A DNA stretch of 32,000 bases from Synechococcus sp. A15-28. GTDB lineage: Bacteria; Cyanobacteriota; Cyanobacteriia; PCC-6307; Cyanobiaceae. A program made the position numbers and the translations under genes. The first letter of the stretch is position 1; each line of letters starts with the position of its first letter. The notes below the pieces were generated by a model. The model was given only the letters and a program-made list of their open reading frames with translations. It had not been told where the DNA came from and did no database searches. Below are positions 11,158 through 18,500 of this stretch, in pieces. The stretch is taken from contig NZ_CP047931.1 of the NCBI RefSeq assembly GCF_014280175.1, positions 1,680,001-1,712,000 of the forward strand, in the 5' to 3' direction.

Positions 11158-11231
11158 GCTCCCTTAGCTCAGCTGGATAGAGCAACTGCCTTCTAAGCAG
11201 TCGGTCGATGGTTCGAATCCATCAGGGGGCG
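11158..11231 (+). tRNA. tRNA-Arg (anticodon TCT/UCU)
   Basis: I folded this 74-nt cloverleaf by hand. Acceptor stem GCTCCCT/AGGGGGC has one G-U pair. D arm is GCTC-AGCTGGATA-GAGC. Anticodon arm is ACTGC-CTTCTAA-GCAGT. Variable loop is CGGTC, T arm is GATGG-TTCGAAT-CCATC, and the discriminator is G. CCA is not encoded. Confidence 0.93.
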
Positions 11232-11287
11232 TTAACAGTCATAACAATGGTTTTCAGCGATTTACTGGGAGCCGTTTTTTCTTGAAA
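11189..11287 (+). repeat. att repeat, left copy (3' part of the intact tRNA plus terminator)
   Basis: Identical 16-nt core, then imperfect homology to 23817-23909 running through the T arm, acceptor strand and downstream hairpin to GCCGTTTTTTCTT. Confidence 0.75.
11249..11283 (+). terminator. Putative tRNA terminator (hairpin plus T-run)
   Basis: GGTTTTCAG / CTGGGAGCC stem (with G-U pairs) followed by GTTTTTTCTT. A homologous hairpin with compensatory changes lies at 23874-23907. Confidence 0.5.
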
Positions 11288-11296
11288 ACCAACATT

Positions 11297-11320
11297 TGTG
11301 CGCAGAATTGTGCGCAGATT
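11297..11320 (+). promoter_or_regulatory. Tandem 12-mer TGTGCGCAGAAT/TGTGCGCAGATT (candidate arm-type recombinase or regulator site, left arm)
   Basis: Nearly the same 24-mer occurs at 23665-23688 in the other arm, in the same orientation. A GTTGCAA motif follows at 11351-11357. Confidence 0.45.
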
Positions 11321-11581
11321 TGACCCAAGCTCAACTACACGGGGAGTGGAGTTGCAATTTCCGCGCACTGATCGCAAGGAGCGGTACCTGCGCTGGGAGA
11401 CGACTTATCACCAGCAAGGCCACTATTCAACGCTGCATCAGCAAGCTGTCGCCACACTGGGATGACGAACAGCTTGAAGCTGTTGTATCAATGTTCAAAG
11501 AGCACGGTCTACTTTGAGGTTTTACTGCTAACACGAAAATGAGACTTAGTACTACATTGTCAACAGAACACATCCCTCTCT

Positions 11582-12025
11582 ATGGATTTTGATAAGCCAC
11601 TTAATGTAGAACTCACTGGTGCCCTAAAAGATGGATACCTGGCAGGAGAAAAGGCCAGGCAGGCCGCTAAATCACAATACGATAAGTGGAGTCATCAGTT
11701 TTATAGGTGCTACGCATTTTTTCATGAAGAAGATAGAAAAAGAATTTCAAATCCATTTTGCTCGGTATTGCATAATTTGAGTTTCAACCCACTTCCTACA
11801 GAGGCATCGCCTGACCACGTTGGGGCATATGAAAATAAGTTTGTCTATCATTTGTATAACAAGCAAAATTATCATAAGGCAAGAACCGCTATTGAGCTTG
11901 TCAAGTCAAGTCGGAGTGGATTTGACTGCATCATTGAAAGGCATTATTCGACAGAAGATGTGATTTGTTTTAGAATTGAGGAGTATACGCAGAAACGTGT
12001 ACGCGAAAAGAGAGTGTTTCTCTAA
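11582..12025 (+). CDS. Hypothetical protein (147 aa), AT-rich cargo
   Basis: Clean ATG ORF with no competing frame. The coding-like composition matches the neighbouring cargo genes. I recognise no family motif. Confidence 0.55.
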   Translation: MDFDKPLNVELTGALKDGYLAGEKARQAAKSQYDKWSHQFYRCYAFFHEEDRKRISNPFCSVLHNLSFNPLPTEASPDHVGAYENKFVYHLYNKQNYHKARTAIELVKSSRSGFDCIIERHYSTEDVICFRIEEYTQKRVREKRVFL

Positions 12026-12034
12026 CCCTTAAAA

Positions 12035-12577
12035 GTGTTTCACCTGCTAGCTGCAACTGTTGCCCTTTCTCTTGCTCTCCCAGCTACTGCAATGCCAATT
12101 AGCTTCGATCAATTTATAGAGCAGTCAGCGCTTGAGTTGAGCGAAAAGCAAGCTGCATTTAATTCAACGTTTCAGGCGGCCGTAGGCAACAACTCAAGGT
12201 ATGAATACGATCTAGTCGAAGGGTGGATTAAGTTTGTAGACATTAAAACGAACAAGGAATTGCTTAAATACAAAATAGCTTCTGTAGGTTCATACAATAC
12301 AATTCGTGGCACCTGGCAGTGGGCTTGGGCAAAAAAAGAACGCACAAAAGAAGAAATAACCTTACTCGTAAGGCAAATATCAATTCTAGCTCAGACTTTT
12401 CCTGACAATAAAGATCTATTCAACGCAAGTCCATTTAAAACAGATGAGTTCTATGGACAAGAAGTTTCAGGCGCTTTGCTTAAGCTTTTGGATGGACAAG
12501 CAATTTACAATGCAGCCGACAATGGAGAAGATAGTGAGTACTGGATTTACCTCGTCCTAGTTGAGCCAATTAACTAA
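12035..12577 (+). CDS. Hypothetical protein, possibly secreted (180 aa from GTG; alternative ATG at 12092)
   Basis: The GTG start is 9 nt after the previous stop. The N-terminus FHLLAATVALSLALPATA-MP looks like a Sec signal peptide with an AxA site. A conserved-looking Trp cluster, RGTWQWAWAKKE, is present. Confidence 0.6.
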   Translation: MFHLLAATVALSLALPATAMPISFDQFIEQSALELSEKQAAFNSTFQAAVGNNSRYEYDLVEGWIKFVDIKTNKELLKYKIASVGSYNTIRGTWQWAWAKKERTKEEITLLVRQISILAQTFPDNKDLFNASPFKTDEFYGQEVSGALLKLLDGQAIYNAADNGEDSEYWIYLVLVEPIN

Positions 12578-12625
12578 TGACAAGCAGAGCTTTGCAGCTG
12601 TCCCAATAAATCGCCGCTGATCACC

Positions 12626-12691
12626 ATGGCAATCACCACCAAGCAGCAACGTCAGCAACGCCGCAGCGAGGCTCTAGAGGTAAAACCATGA
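12626..12691 (+). pseudogene. 21-codon remnant of a 13466-type gene start, overlapping the HNH start codon
   Basis: MAITTKQQRQQRRSEALEVKP compares with MARTSRAERHRRRESALALV at 13466. Nucleotide homology over 12616-12677 versus 13458-13523 is roughly two-thirds identical by eye and ends at the shared GGCTCTAG. The stop TGA overlaps the HNH ATG (CCATGA). Confidence 0.4.
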
Positions 12692-13416
12692 AAGATCATT
12701 ATTGGTATGTAGGTCTTGACAATGATGAATTTGCTAGACGATTTAGGTCGCGTTACAAAACACTCCCTAATGCTTTATTGGGTCAAGAGCTTTACGACAA
12801 AGTTGATGCTATGGAGGAAATTCACCTTCAACATCGTGGCAAATCAGAATTTGGTAGAGCCAAAATTGCCGAGCTGTGTGGATTTTGTGCGCAAAGAGAG
12901 GATGGAACCTTCAAGCGGCCTAATTACGTGGCTTTTAATATTGCTATTGCCCATATTTCAAGACAACAGCACGGCTACAGATCTTTGGGAAGGGAAGGCT
13001 ATTTAGAATCAGATAATACTGTCATCGACGAGCGTGATATTGCATCAATGACCACTAAATACCGCCCCAGGACTGGTGGTTTTAAAGAATCTGTTATCAG
13101 TACTCACGGCTTAGAATGTCAAGTTTGTGGGATGAAGATCAAGCCCTTGATAGAAGCTGCACATATTGTTCCTGTGGCCTTGAATGGTGTGGATCATTTC
13201 AGCAATGGCATACCTCTTTGCCCTAACCACCATGCTGCTTTTGATCGATACCTATTTGCCTTTGATCCAGTTGATCAATCAGTGGTCTTTAAAGATGGCT
13301 TGAATTACTCGGTGCTTGGAATCACCAAGCCAAAGTTAGTGGCCAACGTCAGTACTGAAGCTTTGAAAATCCGGTATGACCTTTTTCAGGAGAGCAACTG
13401 TGGCGGAGTGAGCTGA
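12688..13416 (+). CDS. HNH endonuclease (HNH_2-like, restriction-type)
   Basis: 242 aa. The C-terminal motif is CQVCGMKIKPLIEAAHIVPVALNGVDHFSNGIPLCPNHHAAFDRYLF, which follows the CxxC...AHI.P...NG..LC..HH..FD pattern. Confidence 0.8.
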   Translation: MKDHYWYVGLDNDEFARRFRSRYKTLPNALLGQELYDKVDAMEEIHLQHRGKSEFGRAKIAELCGFCAQREDGTFKRPNYVAFNIAIAHISRQQHGYRSLGREGYLESDNTVIDERDIASMTTKYRPRTGGFKESVISTHGLECQVCGMKIKPLIEAAHIVPVALNGVDHFSNGIPLCPNHHAAFDRYLFAFDPVDQSVVFKDGLNYSVLGITKPKLVANVSTEALKIRYDLFQESNCGGVS

Positions 13417-13465
13417 ACCCTTGTTTGGCGCCACAGAGACACATCGATTTTTTAGGGGCTGATCC

Positions 13466-13852
13466 ATGGCCAGAACCAGCAGAGCTGAACGCCACAGACG
13501 CCGTGAATCAGCGTTGGCTCTAGTCAGTCAGGGAAAGGGTTTCAGCGACGTTGTGACCGCACAGATGTCGCAATGGGGGTGCTCACGTTCATCTGCCCAA
13601 CGGGACTGTCGTTGGGCGCATGATCAGCTCCAACTGAGCATTGATTCACACGACGCTCAACACCTGATCTGCCACATAGCGACAAGCCTTCAACGCATCT
13701 CTCTAAAGGCCGAAGAGTCAGGCCAGTTCGCAGCTGCTGTCGGTGCCCAGAAGATGATTTACGAGCTTCTGCTGCGCCGGAAGCTTGACCATGAAGCTGA
13801 CAAAGCCAGTCGTCCTGGCTGGGGCTATCGCCACGGCAACACCAGAGCCTGA
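13466..13852 (+). CDS. Hypothetical basic helical protein with HTH-like segment (128 aa); GC-richer backbone gene
   Basis: The Arg-rich N-terminus is followed by GFSDVVTAQMSQWGCSRSSAQRDCRWA, which is HTH-like. Partial paralogs lie at 12626 and 23948-24246. A small-terminase-like or regulator role is speculation. Confidence 0.55.
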   Translation: MARTSRAERHRRRESALALVSQGKGFSDVVTAQMSQWGCSRSSAQRDCRWAHDQLQLSIDSHDAQHLICHIATSLQRISLKAEESGQFAAAVGAQKMIYELLLRRKLDHEADKASRPGWGYRHGNTRA

Positions 13853-14000
13853 CAGTGAGTTAACAGCGCGCTTAAACGCGACAGCGCCCTGCTTGTGGTG
13901 CGTACTGGCCCGGGGCTTGGACACCCCGGGATTTCTTCTGCAATATCAGGACTGGCTTAAAATTGAGGAGCTGTTTCTTGATAAGTTTCGGGTTTTATGA
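13785..14000 (+). CDS. Possible small ORF (71 aa) translationally coupled to the TPR gene
   Basis: It overlaps the 3' end of the 13466 gene in another frame, and its stop overlaps the TPR ATG (TTATGA at 13996-14000). There is no family signal, so it may be spurious. Confidence 0.25.
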   Translation: MTMKLTKPVVLAGAIATATPEPDSELTARLNATAPCLWCVLARGLDTPGFLLQYQDWLKIEELFLDKFRVL

Positions 14001-14737
14001 ATCGGCCTATCAGCATCTCATTAATGCTTGGACTTCTACTTCAGGCATGTGGGGCGTCGTCTTTTGTGCATTTGCGGATAGCCGAGGAAAGCTTGTATAA
14101 AAAAGGAAAAGAATCAATAGTGATCGAAGAATCGACTAAGGCATTAGATATCGAAGAAAGTGCAGAGGCTTATTACATGAGAGGGGTCGCTCATAATGAT
14201 CTTGATAATTTCGCAAAGGCCCAGGAAGACTTGTCCAGCGCAATTAGAATGAATAGCAAAGTAGCTAAATATCACTACGTTCTAGGAAACAACTATGATG
14301 ACCAGAATGAGTTCAAGTCAGCCATCAACTCTTATAGTCAAGCCATAGAAATCCAGCCTAAGCACATAAATGCCATTGGTAATAGGGCCCTTGCCAAGAG
14401 AAGTATTGGAGATTTGAATGGCGCGATTCAGGACTTCTCGATGGCTATAAACATCGATCCTATGCATGCAAATAATTTGCGTATGAGAGGCAATCTCAAA
14501 TATCAATTAAATGATTTTAGCTCAGCGCTAGATGACTACAATAAGGCTGCTTCTATTGACTCTAAAATAGCGGATGAAAAAGCTTGGCGCTCCGATATTC
14601 ATGCGGATGTCTTGTTTGACAGAGGGTATGCCCTGTTCAGACTTGAAAGAATAAGTGAGGCATGCAGTGACTGGGAAGAATCCCTTGCATTGGGAAATGA
14701 TGATAGCTCAATACCCATTAAGTACTACTGCCAATAA
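13997..14737 (+). CDS. TPR-repeat lipoprotein
   Basis: Signal peptide with a lipobox, LLLQAC-G. It is followed by several 34-residue TPR-like units (AYYMRGVAHNDLDNFAKAQEDLSSAIRMN, YHYVLGNNYDDQNEFKSAINSYSQAIEIQP and others). Confidence 0.75.
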   Translation: MNRPISISLMLGLLLQACGASSFVHLRIAEESLYKKGKESIVIEESTKALDIEESAEAYYMRGVAHNDLDNFAKAQEDLSSAIRMNSKVAKYHYVLGNNYDDQNEFKSAINSYSQAIEIQPKHINAIGNRALAKRSIGDLNGAIQDFSMAINIDPMHANNLRMRGNLKYQLNDFSSALDDYNKAASIDSKIADEKAWRSDIHADVLFDRGYALFRLERISEACSDWEESLALGNDDSSIPIKYYCQ

Positions 14738-14865
14738 TGGTTTGATGATGTTGACTGCAACGGGTCCTTTCTCTTGCGCCCTTTGTGGGTCATCCGAAGG
14801 CGCGTTGATCCTTTAGACAGTGGTTGTCAAAATATTGGACATTTAGAGACACCAGGAGACAGGCA

Positions 14866-15078
14866 ATGCAACTCATGAGTGTGAGTGCCGCTGCAAGGCA
14901 CCTTGGATATAAAAGCCGTTCGCAGCTGTACAAGCTGATGAATGACGGCTGGCTAGATGCCCATGTGCATGTCCAGATGCCTAGTGGTCAGCGTTTGCTC
15001 GATGTTGATGGACTATATAAGACCTTGCAGGGCACATGTCAGTGGCGCGTCGATAGCGTTTTTTTAAGACCCGATTAG
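14866..15078 (+). CDS. Small HTH DNA-binding protein (AlpA/excisionase/MerR-like, 70 aa)
   Basis: An ATG preceded by GGAGA at -9 gives MQLMSVSAAARHLGYKSRSQLYKLMNDGWLD, a typical HTH_17-like pattern. It is convergent with the helicase-nuclease operon. The ORF-track TTG start at 14824 is less likely. Confidence 0.5.
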   Translation: MQLMSVSAAARHLGYKSRSQLYKLMNDGWLDAHVHVQMPSGQRLLDVDGLYKTLQGTCQWRVDSVFLRPD

Positions 15079-15085
15079 AGAGGGA

Positions 15086-15448
15086 TCAATATTCGTAAAA
15101 CGCATCCTCCTGGAAGTCTCTATATTCACTTGCGCCTACGCACAAAGGGTCATCGCATCCATATAGCTCAGCGACTTCATCAGGGCCAAGCTCTCTCCCA
15201 TCTTGTGTGATTAGCAATAGGAGTGTGATCTCCTCCCATGTTTTATGGTGTTCTTCAAGTTCAGAACCGGCTTCATTAAATTCATGTTCCTCGAATTGTG
15301 GCTTGGGGTTTAAGTGTGGATAGAGTTCACTTGCGGCATTGTCATGCCAATAAAAGTCATAAAAATCTCCCTCTTTAAAGAAGAAAGTCTGGCCATGAAG
15401 AACAATAGAATCCAGACCCTTCATTGATGATTCAGTGGATTGAGTCAT
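15086..15448 (-). CDS. Highly acidic hypothetical protein (120 aa), last gene of the helicase-nuclease operon
   Basis: I count 28 Asp/Glu versus 6 Lys/Arg. It is aromatic-rich (FYDFYWHD, AFYEY). Its ATG overlaps the upstream ORF's stop (TAATG at 15446-15450). No competing ORF on either strand. Confidence 0.6.
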   Translation of the reverse strand: MTQSTESSMKGLDSIVLHGQTFFFKEGDFYDFYWHDNAASELYPHLNPKPQFEEHEFNEAGSELEEHHKTWEEITLLLLITQDGRELGPDEVAELYGCDDPLCVGASEYRDFQEDAFYEY

Positions 15449-15579
15449 TAAATGCTTTCCAATGTTTGGGCCATGTCAATAACCAATAGAGTCATTCTCC
15501 GCTCCAATCCATACGAGTTTTGAATAATATCTCTTGAAAAGGGAAAGTCATCATCTTCGGGGGGCACGAGCTTTGCCAT
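15448..15579 (-). CDS. Possible micro-ORF (43 aa) bridging the large gene and the acidic protein gene
   Basis: Internal Met of the 85-aa ORF gives MAKLVPPEDDDFPFSRDIIQNSYGLERRMTLLVIDMAQTLESI. It overlaps the end of the large ORF by 29 nt and is stop/start coupled to the next gene. Coding status is uncertain. Confidence 0.25.
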   Translation of the reverse strand: MAKLVPPEDDDFPFSRDIIQNSYGLERRMTLLVIDMAQTLESI

Positions 15580-18500
15580 CGCAATGTAGATCTTCACAGG
15601 GAAAATAAAAGCCAAATCTACTTTTCGCATAAACCGTTCTCGAACCACATTTAGGGCATTTAGGATTTTCTGATTGTGCCCAATCGACCATCGATGAGGG
15701 CGCAACTGGTCCAGGAAGTGAAAGAGATTTAGCCAATTCGAGAGCTATTCCAGGCTGCCTTACCAGCAACATTGACTCAAGCGTAGAACCAGCAAATGAA
15801 AGTGGATTTAGAGAACCATACCAGGCCAAGTCATCATCAATGAGCACAGCTTTTTGGTGAAGCTTGTTCCTCTGCTCAACCACAACACCTCTATCTCTTA
15901 TCAAGCGAACAAGATCAAATGATTTACTGGGATCAGACCTACCAAAGCTTCCATTTGTTTGATTGGTTGGCAGCACAAACTTTACCGTCACACCATCCTC
16001 AATAGGTTTTCGAAGGACAGTGAGAACCTCATCAACACGAGAAGGAGTGAAAAATCCAGAGAATATAACTATCGTATTTTTTGCCTCTTCAATGTTCTTA
16101 TATAACAGGGGAAAGAACGACGTCTCATCCACCATTCCATCCTGAATAGAGGTCTTAGCGACCGAAATGTGATTTACAGAGAGTTGAGCCTCAATAGCGC
16201 CTAACTCGCTTTTATCTACAAGGGCTCTTGCATCAACGACACGTCCCTTCATCTGCATAGAAAAGAGCACCTCCCGTAAGAAAGAGTAGTTAGACAATTG
16301 CTTATCAAGAACATTCAGATCAGCCAAAACAACCAATGACTTCTTGGCACGACTTATTGCTACATTTAAATTCTTGGCACCTTCATCCTGCGGCTTAATT
16401 GAATTAATAAAAGGGGCCAGGAAGTTCGATTCAGACTGTGCAACTACAGTATCAAACACAAGAAGATCACGTTCGTCACCCTGGAATTGGTGCACAGTAC
16501 CCACCGAGGTAATAACCTTTTGATCCTGTTCCGTAAGCAACTTAGAGAACAAGCGCGATTGAGCTGCGAAAGGTGTGCAATACCCTAAAGAAAGATTATT
16601 GGAATCAGCTACTTGTAGCAAAAGCTTTCTAGCGATATAAGCATGAAGAAGGTTTATCTTGCCGCCAGAAGCAGGCGTAGACGAAAACGAAAGCAAAGGC
16701 GAGGTGTCAATTAAAACAAGCTCCCCTAGCGAATCCAAAAGAGGATGGATAATGTTTATAGGATCAGACTTCAAACCCGAATGGAGCTGGTTGTTGTACA
16801 TATAGCCGGATATGAGATTACATATCGAAGGCTGCATTCGATACTGAGTGTCTAGAAATCCCAAGTTTTTTGACAAGCCAGAACCAGACCTAACGTCATC
16901 CTCGATACCACATACCTCAAAGATACTCTTACCGAGAATATCCTTAATCAACTTGTTGTCAGTTTGACAAATTGGTGAGAGCTGAGAAAAATCACCGGAC
17001 ACTATCACTCGCTTTTTAGCAATTGATGCTGCAACAAATAGCATTGGGAGAGAGGCCATCGAGGCCTCATCAATGATCACATTATCGTAAAATCCAAGAT
17101 CACCAAGGTTCATACATGTCTTAGCAAGGGTGGCACCAACAACAAAAGAATTTTCTATAATCGTCTGCTTAAGTGCCTGAAGAGATTCTTCAAGCTTTCT
17201 ACATCTAGAATCAATATCTCCAACATCTGCTTTAATCTTTAAAACTCTTGCATTCAAAGAATCCCTATCAATACCGGAGAGCTGTCTAGAAACTTCAACA
17301 TTACGAGTGGCAAGGTCTTCCGATAGATCTTTTAACCGCAGCAGCTTAGATCGATAGCCATCAAGGGTAGAATTTTTATGCAATATATCTTTCTCTAATG
17401 CATCTATCTGTCTTCTAAGAGTTTCGGGAGTTCTCCCGAAGACACCACCTAATCCACCTCGCCCCGAGCTTCTATCATTGTATTTTTGTCGAAGTTCATT
17501 GGCAGAATCTTCTAAAGATGATATCTCATCTCGTAGACTCTTTGCTAGAGCTTGAGTCTGCAAAAACTCTGATTTTGACCTCTGGATTTCAACTCCTACA
17601 CGATCAAGCTCATCAAACAAAGAAGATTTATCTAACAAGTCACTACTTTGATCAATAAGGTGACTCTTTCTGGACAGAAGCTGGGCGATTTCCTCTTTAA
17701 ATTCAAGTCCCAATTTCTCGGAGATACCCTCCACAGTCACTTGCTGTCGATGGTCTCTAATCAAGTCTTTATGACTAATATTGCCAATGCGAACAAACTT
17801 ATTTTCATCAACATACGACCTTGAATCCTCGCGACAACATTTCAAGAAGACCTGATCAACTGCCATATTTGTATTTGAACAGATCAAGGTCTTCTCTCCC
17901 GCATCGCAAAGATTTTTAATTACAGAAGTAAGAGTCTGCGTTTTTCCTGTCCCTGGAGGGCCCCAAAGAATTGAAAAATTATAACTTAAAGCCTTTTCAA
18001 TAAATGAGGCTTGAGAAGAATTCAGCTTCTCCAAATGAGAAGCCTTGATAGGTTCATCCAGTAATTGATATTGATTACTCAAAACGTTGGAAGCAAATTC
18101 AAGTAGCAATCCTTTCTTGGTCGACTTCTTATCCTTATCTCCCTTTCTTGAAATACCACATTCCCTCGCCAGCAAATCACGAATAAACATATCCATAGCG
18201 GTATCGTCAACGGATATGTCACCGCCGTTAAGGTGCTCACCCAAGTCCTCCTCTACTGTCAATGTCACTTCATTGCTAGAGGCGCCACTAATAGCAACAA
18301 CTCGCCCATCTGTTTTTCCATTGGCAGTCCTCAAAACCACTGATGAACCAGGGAAAAGCTCGTCAGCTCGGGAAGACACATTTACAATGTATGCAATGGA
18401 GTCTTCTGCTGAAGTAAGAGCAACAACTTTCCTACCTTGTTGAAAGGAGATTGATTTAGAACTCTTCTTCTTCGAGTCAGATATTCGCTGGTTAAGTGCA

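Noticed and set aside
11296-11517. 73-codon ORF starting (TTG) inside the tandem 12-mer repeat next to the tRNA
   Set aside because: The start lies within a repeat that recurs in the integrase promoter, and there is no ATG or Shine-Dalgarno sequence. Only the last 35 or so residues look protein-like. I treat the region as the element's arm/regulatory DNA, but a short real gene is not excluded.
12716-13006. 96-aa alternate-frame ORF inside the HNH gene
   Set aside because: It is fully nested in a different frame of a gene with a clear HNH motif.
15580-15705. N-terminal 42 codons of the 85-aa ORF (15448-15705)
   Set aside because: This part overlaps, out of frame, the zinc-ribbon coding end of the 1157-aa gene. 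Only the portion from the internal Met (15579) is kept, as a low-confidence micro-ORF.
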